Positions 30,453 through 40,817 are shown, numbered from the stretch's first letter. The stretch: DNA of 64,000 nucleotides from an uncultured Thermococci archaeon (GCA_964549615.1 CAZJVP010000072.1:29312-93311); one strand, 5' to 3'. Translations and numbers: made by a program. The notes: generated by a model not told the origin, from the letters alone.

Positions 30453-31523
30453 ATGGGCAGGGCCAGGAACGAACCATTTGCACCTTCGGCCAGAAGAGAG
30501 GCGAAGCTCTACTCGCGCCTACGCGGAGGGAGGGTGAGGTGCGACCTCTGTTGCAGAAGGTGCGTCATTGCCGATGGCGAGAAGGGCTACTGCAGGACGA
30601 GGCAGAACCTCGGAGGAACGCTCTACACGCTCGTCTACGGGGATCTGAGCGCCTTGGAAAGCCGGCCAATCGAGATCAAGCCCTTCTTCCACTACTGGCC
30701 GGGATCCACGGCCCTGACCTTCTCCACGTGGTCCTGCAACTTCGACTGTCCGTGGTGCCAGAACCATCACCTGTCCAGGACGCCTCCGGGCGAATCCGAT
30801 CCTTCACGTAGCCCGCAGGAGATATTGGCCATCGCGGAACGCAACGGCGACCAAGGGCTGTGCGCTTCATTCCAAGAGCCTACCCTCGGGACCGAGTTCG
30901 CCCTCGACCTTTTCGCGCTGGCCCGCTGCAGGGGCCTGTATGCATGCTACGTCTCCAACGGTTACATGACCCAGCAGGCCTTGGCCCTCCTTGCGGAGTC
31001 AGGCCTTGACGGACTGAAGATCGACCTCAAGGGGCCGCCCGAGGTGTACAGGAAGTACTGCGGTGGCGTCGATGTCGACCACGTGCTGAGGAACGCCCGT
31101 GCCGCAAGAAGGCTCGGAATCCATGTTGAGATCGTGAATCTTGTGATCCCCGGGGTCAATGACGACCAGTCCTCCGTCGAATGGGTCGTGGACCAACATC
31201 TGCGATGCTTGGGCCAGGATGCGCCGCTCCACTTCACGAGATACTACCCGGCCCACCACTATTCAATGCCCCCTACCCCGGTTAGGCGGCTAGAGGATGC
31301 GGTCAGGACCGCAACGGAGAAGGGCGTCAAGTTTGCCTACGTGGGCAACGTCCCGGGGCACCGGTTCGAAAACACACACTGCCCCGAATGTGGATCCCTC
31401 GCGATCGCAAGGCAGGGATACAGGGTCACCTCATTTCATCTGGATCCGGGTTTTCGCTGCCGAAAGTGCGGAACGGCCCTGCCAATCAAAGGTAGATACG
31501 TTGAGGGCCGATTTGCCCGCTAG
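30453..31523 (+). CDS. AmmeMemoRadiSam-system radical SAM enzyme (PFL-activase-like)
   Basis: N-terminal Cys-rich segment CDLCCRRCVIADGEKGYCRTR. Radical-SAM cluster motif CNFDCPWC. Length and C-terminal CPECG...CRKCG zinc ribbon typical of AmrS. Confidence 0.75.
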   Translation: MGRARNEPFAPSARREAKLYSRLRGGRVRCDLCCRRCVIADGEKGYCRTRQNLGGTLYTLVYGDLSALESRPIEIKPFFHYWPGSTALTFSTWSCNFDCPWCQNHHLSRTPPGESDPSRSPQEILAIAERNGDQGLCASFQEPTLGTEFALDLFALARCRGLYACYVSNGYMTQQALALLAESGLDGLKIDLKGPPEVYRKYCGGVDVDHVLRNARAARRLGIHVEIVNLVIPGVNDDQSSVEWVVDQHLRCLGQDAPLHFTRYYPAHHYSMPPTPVRRLEDAVRTATEKGVKFAYVGNVPGHRFENTHCPECGSLAIARQGYRVTSFHLDPGFRCRKCGTALPIKGRYVEGRFAR

Positions 31524-31542
31524 GCCGTGCCCCAACGTTGGG

Positions 31543-33846
31543 CTAATGTCCCATCTCCCTTCTCGCTGCGGCGACCTGACCCAGGCTTATGCAACCATCG
31601 CCGGGGGGCAGGAAAACGTGCCTGAGGAGCTTTCGGTCCAGGTTCTTCTCCATGACCGAGACGATATGCTCGTTGTACATGACGCCCCCCGAGCATGCCA
31701 CGGCGTCCGGACCGAGGTCCTGGATGCAGAGGTTTGCCATCTCCGCGATGCCCCTCGCTATGGCGGCCTGGGACCCGGCCGCAATATCTTCCTTGGAGCG
31801 CCGTTTCTCCAAGGCCTCCACAACGCCCATCAAGAGCTTCGTTGTGTCCAGGATGTATCTACCCTCCTTCCTATAGACCTCGACCGGTAGATCCACAACA
31901 TCTGGGTCGCCTCGGGAGGCGAAACCCTCCAGCCTCATCGCGCCCTCTCCCTCATACGTGCGTTCGTAGCTTATGCCAAGAAGGATCGAGATGGCGTCGA
32001 GCACCCTCCCCGTGCTCGTCGTCCAAGATACGTTGAAACCCGTATCAAGCTGGCGGATGATGAGGTCAAGCTCTTTTTCACCCTTCCTGAGGCCGTCGTA
32101 GCAGAACCTGCGCACGATCCTCCTGAGCCTTTCCTCCTCGTAAACGGGTGCAAGAATCCCTATCACCATGCGGACGGGGTAGATCGCCGCAAGGTCGCCG
32201 CCTATCAGGGGTTGCGGCTGGAGGGAACCCATTCGGACATTTCTCTCGCCAACGGCCAGGATCTCGCCGCCCCAGGCCTCCTTCTCGTTGCCGTACCCAA
32301 CTCCGTCGCAGATGATGCCGATCACGGTTTGGCCTGGATCGATCCCGTTCTCGGCGATGACGCTGTGAAGATGTGCGTAGTGGTGTTGCACCGCGAAGCT
32401 CGGACAGCCCCATTTCTCGGCAAGGGAATGTGCAAGCCTGGTTGAGAGGAACGACGGATGCAGATCATGCGCCACAGCGTCTAGGCTCAGCGTGTTGGTG
32501 TCCTTCATCAGGCACGCGATGGCTTCTTTCAGGTAATTGAATGTGTCGAAGTTAGAGGTGTTGCCGATATGCTGGGTCAGGAATGCCAACCCGTCCTTTG
32601 CTATGCATGCGGTCGAGGAGAGCTCAGGCCCCACGCCCAGCACGGCCTCCTTGCCCTCCCATTCCAGCTTCAGAGGGTAGGGAGCATACCCGCGGGACCG
32701 CCTGATCATGACCGGACGTTTCCCATGGAACCTGACCACGCTGTCGTCACACCTGTTGACTATCTCCCTGTCGTGCCAAAGGAGGTAGTCTATATGCTTG
32801 AGCCTCTCCTTCAGCTTCTCCGCCTCAAGCGCCATAGGCTCGTCGTGAACGTTGGCCGATGTCATCACCAGCGCCGGCTGCTCCGTCTCGCTCAACAGCA
32901 GGTGGTGCAAAGGACTGTAGGGCAGCATGACCCCGATGTTGCCTAGGTCGGGCGAGAGCAGATCGGAGAGAGGAAAGGGGTCCAACTTTTTCAGGACTAC
33001 GATCGGCCGCTTCCAGTCCGTGAGCGCCTTCTCCTCCTCGGCCCCGACGCATGCAAATCGCCTGACCTGCTCGACGGATCTTGCCATCAGCGCGAAGGGT
33101 TGGTAGGGCCTCTTGAGGATCGCCCTCAGCCTTCGGATCGCCTTGTCGTCGGTCACGCTGCATGCGAGGTGGGTGCCCCCCACCCCCTTGACGGCAACCA
33201 CCATGCCATCGTCCAACAGGTGCGCCGCCCTCGCTATCGGATCTTTGCACCTCACCTTCCTACCGTTGGAGTCGGCCAGCCAGACCTTGGGACCACAGAT
33301 GGGACAGGCGATGGTCTGAGCATGGTATCTCCTGTCCCCGGGGTTGGTGTACTCGCTGCGACACTGGGGGCACATCTTGAAGGGTTTCATCGAAGTGTTC
33401 TCCCTGTCAAAGGGGGGCCCCCGAGATATGGTGAACCTGGGTCCGCAGTCCGTGCAAGTTATGAACGGGTACCGATACCGCCTGTCCCTAGGATCCCACA
33501 TCTCGGCCAGACACCCTTCGCACGTCGCCACGTCCTGGGGTATGAAGGAGTTGGACGATGGCTCGGCGTCGCTCACGCTCTCCTGTATCTTGAAGCCCTC
33601 TTGCGGGGGCAGGCTGACCTCCTCGGTACTCAGCGAGAGAATCTCGGCAAGGGGCGGAAGAGATCCGCGAAGATCGCTGAGGAAGCGCTCCACCGCGCCC
33701 TTGCCTCCGTCCAGGAGGATCTCGACGCTCCCGTTTCCCACATTTCGGACGTACCCGGAGAGCCCAAGCCGCTTTGCAAGGCGGTAGACCGAGGGTCGGA
33801 AGCCCACCCCCTGGACCCTGCCCTGGACCAAGATCCTCAGCTGCAT
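31543..33846 (-). CDS. hypF: [NiFe]-hydrogenase maturation carbamoyltransferase HypF
   Basis: Acylphosphatase N-terminus (VQGRVQGVGFRP). Two CxxC...CxxC zinc fingers. YrdC-like and Kae1-like C-terminal domains. 767 aa. Confidence 0.95.
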   Translation of the reverse strand: MQLRILVQGRVQGVGFRPSVYRLAKRLGLSGYVRNVGNGSVEILLDGGKGAVERFLSDLRGSLPPLAEILSLSTEEVSLPPQEGFKIQESVSDAEPSSNSFIPQDVATCEGCLAEMWDPRDRRYRYPFITCTDCGPRFTISRGPPFDRENTSMKPFKMCPQCRSEYTNPGDRRYHAQTIACPICGPKVWLADSNGRKVRCKDPIARAAHLLDDGMVVAVKGVGGTHLACSVTDDKAIRRLRAILKRPYQPFALMARSVEQVRRFACVGAEEEKALTDWKRPIVVLKKLDPFPLSDLLSPDLGNIGVMLPYSPLHHLLLSETEQPALVMTSANVHDEPMALEAEKLKERLKHIDYLLWHDREIVNRCDDSVVRFHGKRPVMIRRSRGYAPYPLKLEWEGKEAVLGVGPELSSTACIAKDGLAFLTQHIGNTSNFDTFNYLKEAIACLMKDTNTLSLDAVAHDLHPSFLSTRLAHSLAEKWGCPSFAVQHHYAHLHSVIAENGIDPGQTVIGIICDGVGYGNEKEAWGGEILAVGERNVRMGSLQPQPLIGGDLAAIYPVRMVIGILAPVYEEERLRRIVRRFCYDGLRKGEKELDLIIRQLDTGFNVSWTTSTGRVLDAISILLGISYERTYEGEGAMRLEGFASRGDPDVVDLPVEVYRKEGRYILDTTKLLMGVVEALEKRRSKEDIAAGSQAAIARGIAEMANLCIQDLGPDAVACSGGVMYNEHIVSVMEKNLDRKLLRHVFLPPGDGCISLGQVAAARREMGH

Positions 33847-33983
33847 TCGCCGGGATGGGCGTCAGCAAGATCAAAAATCTATCTAGGAGCTATCCGACGC
33901 GACGCTTCCAGACCCTAGGAGAAGTCCGATGGCTAAACAAAGATTTAATTTGTGCGTCTCGGAGGAGGTCCAGGTCCTTGCAG

Positions 33984-34205
33984 TTGTGTCTGGCGATACC
34001 CGGGAGGCTGGAGGAGATTCGCGGCAAGAGCGGCATCGTTGACTTCGGGGGAGTCCGCCGCACGGTCGATCTCTCCCTCCTTGAGAAGTGCAAGGTCGGG
34101 GACTACGTCATCGTGCACGCCGGCTTTGCGATCCAGATCCTGAGCGAGGAGGAAGCCAAATCGACGCTGGACCTCTTGAGGCAGCTTGAGGCGGCTACGG
34201 ACTGA
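33984..34205 (+). CDS. hypC: hydrogenase maturation factor HypC
   Basis: MCLAIPGRL N-terminus (TTG start 33984). ~73 aa. Lies inside track ORF 33774..34205. Confidence 0.85.
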   Translation: MCLAIPGRLEEIRGKSGIVDFGGVRRTVDLSLLEKCKVGDYVIVHAGFAIQILSEEEAKSTLDLLRQLEAATD

Positions 34206-35295
34206 GGAGAGGATTTCCCTGGACCTGTCGCCTTTCCAGAGCAGAGAACTCGTTGAACGAGCAGCGGCGCTGCTGCGCAGGATCGCACCGAAAGAGGAAC
34301 TGAGGTTCATGCACGTGTGCGGAACCCACGAAAACGTCGTGACCCGGTACGGCATCAGATCGCTCCTGCCCCCGCAGATCAGGGTCGTTGCCGGCCCAGG
34401 CTGTCCGGTGTGCGTCACTTGCCCCGCCGAGATCGACTCGGCAATCCAGATAGCCCGAAAGCACGCGACCCTATTCACCTACGGCGACATGTTCGGCGTT
34501 CCCGGAAGCAGCATATCGCTGCGCGACGCGAGAGGGGAAGGGGCCAGGGTGAAGGTGGTCTACAGCATGGCCGACGCCATCGGCATGGCCAACCCGGTGG
34601 CCGGGCCCTCCGTATTCTTCTCCATAGGCTTTGAGACCACGGCCCCCATAACCGCCTCTGTGATACGCTCGGGGGTGCCCAAGGATTTCGCCTTCATCGT
34701 GTCCCATCGACTCATACCCCCCGCCCTCGTCGCGCTGCTGGATTCAGGGAAGGTGGAGATGGACGGCGTGATCTGTCCCGGCCACGTGTCAACCATAATC
34801 GGGACACACCCCTACGACGTTCTGGCCAAGGAGTTCGGCGTGCCCGTTGTGATCTCCGGCTTCGAGCCGCTGGACATAGTCCTCAGCCTGGTTGAGCTTG
34901 TCAAGCAGCACAAGCGAGGCGCGCGGGTTTTCAACGAGTACTCGCGATCGGTGAAACCCGAGGGCAACCCGCGGGCCAGGCGTCTCATCGATGAGGTCTT
35001 CGAGACCTGCGATATGGACTGGCGCGGAATAGGAACTCTTCCATCATCCGGACTCCGCTTGAGGGAGGAGTTCTCCGACCTAGACGCCCTCAAGAAGTAT
35101 CGCATACGGGTGCGCAGGGACGACAGGATGCCCACGGGGTGCAAGTGCTCGGACGTCCTCCTTGGATCGCTGTCGCCGACACAATGCCCCCTTTTCGGCT
35201 CGCGATGCACCCCGGACTCCCCGGTCGGGCCTTGCATGGTGTCCAGCGAGGGGACCTGCCGCACATGGTTCTTGCATGGGGGTCAGGATTCTTGA
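34186..35295 (+). CDS. hypD: hydrogenase maturation factor HypD
   Basis: Motifs HVCGTHE, GPGCPVC, CPGHVS. TTG start overlaps the hypC stop. Confidence 0.9.
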   Translation: MRRLRTEERISLDLSPFQSRELVERAAALLRRIAPKEELRFMHVCGTHENVVTRYGIRSLLPPQIRVVAGPGCPVCVTCPAEIDSAIQIARKHATLFTYGDMFGVPGSSISLRDARGEGARVKVVYSMADAIGMANPVAGPSVFFSIGFETTAPITASVIRSGVPKDFAFIVSHRLIPPALVALLDSGKVEMDGVICPGHVSTIIGTHPYDVLAKEFGVPVVISGFEPLDIVLSLVELVKQHKRGARVFNEYSRSVKPEGNPRARRLIDEVFETCDMDWRGIGTLPSSGLRLREEFSDLDALKKYRIRVRRDDRMPTGCKCSDVLLGSLSPTQCPLFGSRCTPDSPVGPCMVSSEGTCRTWFLHGGQDS

Positions 35296-35321
35296 AGACG
35301 AGACAGCCAAAAAGGGACACG

Positions 35322-36329
35322 GTGACCATAGAACAGGGGTCCGGCGGATCGGCGATGATGAAGCTGATATCCGACGTCGTGCTCAAGAACGTCACCAGAT
35401 GGGGAAGGGGCGGCGTGACGCTCAGGGACCTTGACGACTCCGGATCGATCGTCTCCGGGGACCTCGAGATAGTGCTGACCACAGACGCGCACACCGTGAA
35501 GCCACCCTTCTTTCCTGGAGGCAACATAGGCACGCTCGCTGCCGCGGGCACGATAAACGATATTGCGGTCATGGGGGTCAGGCCTCTTGCAATCAGCTCC
35601 TCCCTGGTGATCGAGGAAGGTTTCAAGCGAGCTGACCTCTCGGCGATCATCTCCTCCATGAACGAGGTCCTAGAAGAGGTGGGAGCCGACCTCATAACCG
35701 GCGACACCAAGGTTGTGGAGAAGGGCGATCTGGACGGAATCATAATCACCACCTCGGGGATCGGCGTGACCCCTAGGGGGAAGATCGTCCGCGACAGCGG
35801 CCTGCGTCCCGGGGACAAGATCATCCTATCGGGATCGGTGGGCGATCATGGCATGGCCGTCCTCTCGGTCAGGGAGGGACTTGACTTCGAGCTGAAGACC
35901 AAGTCGGACGTCGGACCGGTGTGGGAGGTCGTCAGCGCAGCGATGTCGGTTGGCCGCGTCACGGCAATGAAGGACCCCACAAGGGGCGGCCTTGCCAACA
36001 CGCTGAACGAGCTCGCAACGAAGTCTGGGGTGGGGATCGAGATCGTCGAGGAGCAGATACCGGTCAAGCCGGACGTGGCATCCGCCGCGGAGATGCTAGG
36101 CGTCGACCCGTACGCCGTCACCAACGAGGGCAAGGTAGTCATGGGGGTGAGAAGCCGGGATGCGGAGGACGTGCTGTCAAGCGTGAGAGCGACGCGGCGT
36201 GGACGGGAGGCGGTGGTGATCGGGACGGTCGTTAAAGAGCATCCAGGCGAGGTGGTGCTGCACACCCGGGTGGGGGGAAGGAGACTGATGGAGCCCCCCA
36301 TAGGGGATCCGGCACCCAGAATCTGCTAG
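35322..36329 (+). CDS. hypE: hydrogenase maturation factor HypE (carbamoyl dehydratase)
   Basis: PurM-like protein ending in conserved PRIC. GTG start at 35322 (VTIEQGSGG). The track ORF 35139.. includes the upstream overlap. Confidence 0.9.
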   Translation: MTIEQGSGGSAMMKLISDVVLKNVTRWGRGGVTLRDLDDSGSIVSGDLEIVLTTDAHTVKPPFFPGGNIGTLAAAGTINDIAVMGVRPLAISSSLVIEEGFKRADLSAIISSMNEVLEEVGADLITGDTKVVEKGDLDGIIITTSGIGVTPRGKIVRDSGLRPGDKIILSGSVGDHGMAVLSVREGLDFELKTKSDVGPVWEVVSAAMSVGRVTAMKDPTRGGLANTLNELATKSGVGIEIVEEQIPVKPDVASAAEMLGVDPYAVTNEGKVVMGVRSRDAEDVLSSVRATRRGREAVVIGTVVKEHPGEVVLHTRVGGRRLMEPPIGDPAPRIC

Positions 36330-36335
36330 GCCTGC

Positions 36336-38504
36336 TTGGCCGGAGGAGGCAGGAAGGGAAACCTTATGAACTTCGCGGCATCTCGTACCAGTTCCATGGG
36401 CCGAGGGAGAGTGAGGCCTCTCGGTGTGATCGCCATCTGGCTGCTAGCTTGGACCATGCCGGTCGCCTGCAAGGGTAGCCCCCTTCTCGGCCGCGAGGAC
36501 GTCATCACGCTGGTCTCACGGTTGACCCTCGAAACACAGCAACTCTACGACAGCATCCTAGCCGAAACGCCGTATCACCCATCCCTCATGGCCTGGGGGA
36601 TGCACTACCTAGCCCGGGCTTGCCTCGCCATGTATGCGGTCACAAACGAGAGGGCTTGGTTGGACAGAGCGATCAACATCACGGACTACTTCGTCGAGTA
36701 CTCGGATGTGAACGGGGATGACGAGCCCTCATGGGGAGCCTACAACGAGACCTTTGGCGGCTCGCACTACGGGTTCGCAGAATGGACGGTCTGGGACGGG
36801 GTGATCAGCCTTGCCATAATAGAGGTGGCCAAGACGATCAGGTCGGATCCTGTCCTGTCGTCCGACCAGGACCTAGCCTCAAAGGCAGATGCGTATGTCC
36901 AGTTGACGGAGAAGGTCGTCACACGCCACTGGGCATCATGGACCGAGGTGGGACCCGGGCAGGGGTACTACTGGGATGAGCCTACCAAAGACCTCGGCCC
37001 ATACGTCAACGGATTCGCGGCCCTAGGCGAGGTCGAATTGATCCTTGCCCAGCTCACGGGGAACCGGTCGTTCCTCGAGCGCCCAGCCCAGATGGCCAGC
37101 TACCTCATAGGCAGCATGAGGTACGACCCTGTGGATGATCTCTACGTCTGGGACTACAAGATCGGGAGCGCGCCAGCAGAGGACATCAGCCATGGAGCGA
37201 TTGACCTTGAGTTCCTGCTAGTCGCAAACCAAATGGGGCTAGTGGACGACGTCCACATCCGCCGCATCTGCAACACCTACGCAAAGAGGATCTGGCAGGT
37301 GCCGAACATCCTGAACAAGACGCACCCACTGGCAATGAGAGTCGACGGGTCGGGCGAGGAGGACTACACGATCTTCTCTCGCGCCTGGATACGCCTATCG
37401 ACCTATGATCCCTACATATACGAACGGCAAAGGACTGCTCTGGGCATAGAGCACGAAAGGTTTGGCCTCCATCCCGCGGGATACGTAGTGCTTGCCGCCG
37501 CCGAGGTAGCGTTGCTGTCCAAGAGGCTCGGGTCGATGGGTATTGACACTAGCCAGCTGAGGGTCCTCAGCCTGAGCCAGATCGAAGCACTCCTTCGACA
37601 GGCCCAGTCAAGGCTCGAGGAATACGAATCACTCGGCACCCAGATGGAGCGGGCAAGATCGATGTTGAAAGAAGCATCCAGCTATCTGAACGAGGCGTCT
37701 TTGGCGAATTGCTCCGTACCCATCGCAATGATCTGGGAAGTCTATGATATCCTCGTTGGCGCAAAGAAGACGGCTGAGAAGCTCCAAGCACTTGAGGCGC
37801 GCATCGCCGAAGCTGAGGCGGCGGGGATGAACGTCTCTGCGCTCTGGACGCGGTTTGCAAAGCTCAAACCCGAGCTTGCTCTGGCTGACACGATGGCCGG
37901 CCTCAATGCCGTGAACGCGCGGATCGATGTGCTCGGCCGTGGGCTGGATGATCTCAAGAGGTTGCAGGGAATAGAGGCTCTAGCCCGGAGGGCACTGGAG
38001 GCCGGCGGAGAACTGTCCGCGATCTGGCCAAGGCTTTCGACGCTGAGGGAGAGAGTCTTTCTCGCTGAGACGAAGACCGCACTGGACGATCTGCGTAAAG
38101 AGATCGACGCCCTCTCCGCCGATGTCGAGAAGGTATCCGCTGAAGCACTCATCCGACTCGCAGACGAAGTCGTCAGGAGAGCCAAGGATGCGGGCATCGA
38201 CACGAGCAGGCATGAGATCTTCCTGCAAAGGGCGAAGGAGGAGTTCTCCAAGGGACGGTATGGGCCAGCCATCCAGTTCACCAACTACCCGCTGGGCTTG
38301 ATGGAGCAACTCTCCGAAGGACGGGAAGCCATGGCCTTGGCCCTGATCTTCCTGCTCGGCCTCGCACTTCGCAAACGCGAGGAAGAGATATCTGGGGGGC
38401 TCCCCGCGCGAGCGGTTGATATCGCCCGGGCAACGCCGACAAAATGCATCAGTCCGCGGAGGCAGGGACGGGAAGGGAAGATGCCATGGTCAACATCGTG
38501 CTGA
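36336..38504 (+). CDS. secreted surface protein: signal peptide, alpha-helical globular domain, long coiled-coil, C-terminal TM anchor
   Basis: Signal peptide VIAIWLLAWTMPVAC. ~250 aa of heptad-like coiled-coil (…LEARIAEAEAAG…). TM helix AMALALIFLLGLAL followed by a basic tail. Confidence 0.6.
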   Translation: MAGGGRKGNLMNFAASRTSSMGRGRVRPLGVIAIWLLAWTMPVACKGSPLLGREDVITLVSRLTLETQQLYDSILAETPYHPSLMAWGMHYLARACLAMYAVTNERAWLDRAINITDYFVEYSDVNGDDEPSWGAYNETFGGSHYGFAEWTVWDGVISLAIIEVAKTIRSDPVLSSDQDLASKADAYVQLTEKVVTRHWASWTEVGPGQGYYWDEPTKDLGPYVNGFAALGEVELILAQLTGNRSFLERPAQMASYLIGSMRYDPVDDLYVWDYKIGSAPAEDISHGAIDLEFLLVANQMGLVDDVHIRRICNTYAKRIWQVPNILNKTHPLAMRVDGSGEEDYTIFSRAWIRLSTYDPYIYERQRTALGIEHERFGLHPAGYVVLAAAEVALLSKRLGSMGIDTSQLRVLSLSQIEALLRQAQSRLEEYESLGTQMERARSMLKEASSYLNEASLANCSVPIAMIWEVYDILVGAKKTAEKLQALEARIAEAEAAGMNVSALWTRFAKLKPELALADTMAGLNAVNARIDVLGRGLDDLKRLQGIEALARRALEAGGELSAIWPRLSTLRERVFLAETKTALDDLRKEIDALSADVEKVSAEALIRLADEVVRRAKDAGIDTSRHEIFLQRAKEEFSKGRYGPAIQFTNYPLGLMEQLSEGREAMALALIFLLGLALRKREEEISGGLPARAVDIARATPTKCISPRRQGREGKMPWSTSC

Positions 38505-39769
38505 TTGCGGTGGATACCCTAAGGGCAGATGCACTATCATGTTACGGGAACCCGAAACCTACCAGCCCCAACATCGACCGCCTGGCTCGGCGTGGCTTTC
38601 TGTTCGAGAACTTCTACTCGGTCGGCAACTGCACCCACCCGGGGTTCACGTCCCTCCTCTCGGGGATGTATCCGGAATCAACCGGCGTTGTCAGCCACTG
38701 GACCAGGGTGTCCCCGCCCGATGAGCTGCCCATGATGGCACAGCACTTCGCTAGCGCGGGCTTCAACACGGCGGCCGTCGACAATCTCTACGATGGGTGG
38801 AGGCCTAGGCACCCGTTCTATCCATGGTTCAGGAGGGGCTTCTCCACATACGGCTATCCCCCGGGGCAGGGACATTACAGGCCCGGCGCCGACGTATCGA
38901 AGATGGCCTGCCGATGGCTTTCCTCAAGGCCCTCCCAACCTTTCTTCCTCTTCGTTCACTACTGGGACACCCACGCACCGTACAACAAGGCGCCCAGCCG
39001 GTTCTACCGCTTCTACGACGGCGATGACCCGTGCGATCCCCGCCTCGACTATATGCCGCCCGAGGTCAGGGAAAGACAGAGGCGGGTCTTCGGCAAGCCG
39101 ATAACCGATCCGGCATACGTGGTGGCCTCGTACCACGCCGAGACAGCATACGTCGACGAGTGCATAGGCGCTCTCCTCTTAAGACTGGAGAAACTCCGCC
39201 TCATCGACGAGACGATAGTCGTCCTGACTTCGGATCACGGTGACATCATGGCAATGCCGAGGGCCGCCCTGGGCCGGCTGTGGTGCTTTTGCCACATAGG
39301 GCTGAACGAGGACTGCCTGAGAATACCGTTGATCCTAGCAGGCCCAGGGATCGCGGAGGCGGCAAGGTCAAGACAGGCGTTCCAGCTGGTGGACATTCTG
39401 CCAACGCTGCTCGACCTCGCCGGGATAGCGAAACGAATCGATCTCGATGGACGGAGCTTCTCGGCTGGGCTTTGCGGAGGCAGAATGGAGGGCAGGAGCG
39501 AGCTCTACTTCAGCGAGAATACGTACCAGAAGCAAAGGGCTGTGCTAGCGTGGCCGTGGAAGTACATGAGGATGGAGGCACACTACAATTCCATGGCGCC
39601 AATGTGTCTGTACAACCTTGAAAGCGACCCGGTGGAGACGGTGAACCTGTCGGACGCGGAGCCCGAGGTCGTCGAGCGGATGGACGGGCTCCTACGGGAT
39701 CACGTTTCTCGGACGACGCGCGGCTCGCCGGACCCGTTGGTGGTCCAGGACGTGACATCGACCATCTAG
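38486..39769 (+). CDS. sulfatase-like hydrolase (alkaline-phosphatase superfamily) lacking the CxPxR formylglycine motif
   Basis: N-terminal metal-binding motif VDTLRAD and C-terminal SDHGD. At the catalytic-residue position the sequence is NCTHPGFTS rather than C/SxPxR. Confidence 0.75.
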   Translation: MVNIVLIAVDTLRADALSCYGNPKPTSPNIDRLARRGFLFENFYSVGNCTHPGFTSLLSGMYPESTGVVSHWTRVSPPDELPMMAQHFASAGFNTAAVDNLYDGWRPRHPFYPWFRRGFSTYGYPPGQGHYRPGADVSKMACRWLSSRPSQPFFLFVHYWDTHAPYNKAPSRFYRFYDGDDPCDPRLDYMPPEVRERQRRVFGKPITDPAYVVASYHAETAYVDECIGALLLRLEKLRLIDETIVVLTSDHGDIMAMPRAALGRLWCFCHIGLNEDCLRIPLILAGPGIAEAARSRQAFQLVDILPTLLDLAGIAKRIDLDGRSFSAGLCGGRMEGRSELYFSENTYQKQRAVLAWPWKYMRMEAHYNSMAPMCLYNLESDPVETVNLSDAEPEVVERMDGLLRDHVSRTTRGSPDPLVVQDVTSTI

Positions 39770-39841
39770 GTCCTCGGCTCCAAGCCGCTGCTGAGCCCCC
39801 ACTGAGATGGACGTTAGGATGCACTTTTCAGGAATCCCGGG

Positions 39842-40297
39842 ATGCTGCCACCGGTGCGATCCTTCGCGCTGAAGGCCATCCTGTTAACCTCGATACTCGG
39901 TCTCTGCCTCTACTCCGATCGCGAGTATGGCAGGATGCATTCCTCCATTCCCGAGATAAAAGAGGAACCAGAAAGGTTTGAGAACGTGTCCTTCAGGTCA
40001 GAGGGCACGGCTCGCAACGTCAGCGTGTCCGCGGCAACGACCTTCACGCTCGTCGTCATGGGGGACAGGATCCAAGCCTTCTACGACAGGCCGTTCAAGC
40101 TCAGGGAAGGCGACCACGTCATCGTATACGGAGTGCTTCACATGACGGAGGGCTACCTTCGTGTGACCCGGCTTCACGTCTACAAGAACATCCCAAGGCT
40201 GTATGCGCTTTCCGTCGCGGGACTTTTCGTCGTTATTTGGCTCTTCTTCAGGGATTGGCGACTGCAGCGCTTGGAATGGAGGAGGAGACATGCCTGA
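39842..40297 (+). CDS. small membrane protein (N- and C-terminal TM helices)
   Basis: 151 aa; hydrophobic segments at both ends. No family recognised. Confidence 0.45.
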   Translation: MLPPVRSFALKAILLTSILGLCLYSDREYGRMHSSIPEIKEEPERFENVSFRSEGTARNVSVSAATTFTLVVMGDRIQAFYDRPFKLREGDHVIVYGVLHMTEGYLRVTRLHVYKNIPRLYALSVAGLFVVIWLFFRDWRLQRLEWRRRHA

Positions 40298-40793
40298 CTG
40301 GCTAACGTACGTCCTCTCAGCCTGGGTCGCATGCGAGGCCGCAGCCCTGTTGGGGATCCGCGGAGCTAGGCGGTATGTCGGTGTGGCGGCTGTGGGCAGT
40401 GTCCTTCCTGACCTCATCAAGATATCATACGTCCTGAAGACATACGCCGACGTCGACCTGATCCCGCTGGCCTTGCCCCTAGGGACGCCCGCCGGTGCCA
40501 TCTTGGTGGCAGGGCTCTTTTCGTCTTTCTTCGAAAGATCTGAGTCAAGATCGGTGTTTGCCTACACAGCCTTGGGCGTGGCCATACACATCGGCTGGGA
40601 TTACACGCTCCATCCCTACGGCGGCGGGCAGCCCCTCCTGTTCCCCTTGAGTTTCGAACAATATGCGCTCGGTTGGATCTGGTCGGACAGCATCCTTCCG
40701 CTGATCATCGTCGGCGTTTTGGCCTTGATCCTCTTCTTCATCAGGCTAACCAATCCGGCTGCCGATATGCGTCGTACGCGCCGGGGACTCTAG
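40290..40793 (+). CDS. polytopic membrane protein (possible membrane-bound metal-dependent hydrolase, DUF457-like)
   Basis: ATG 40290 preceded by GGAGGAG. 4-5 TM helices. His-containing motif IHIGWDYTLHP. Confidence 0.5.
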   Translation: MPDWLTYVLSAWVACEAAALLGIRGARRYVGVAAVGSVLPDLIKISYVLKTYADVDLIPLALPLGTPAGAILVAGLFSSFFERSESRSVFAYTALGVAIHIGWDYTLHPYGGGQPLLFPLSFEQYALGWIWSDSILPLIIVGVLALILFFIRLTNPAADMRRTRRGL

Positions 40794-40817
40794 ACCGCCC
40801 GCCCAGAGGCAGGACCC

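Noticed and set aside
33100-33918. 272-aa plus ORF
   Set aside because: Antisense to hypF.
35090-35824. 244-aa minus ORF
   Set aside because: Antisense to hypD/hypE.
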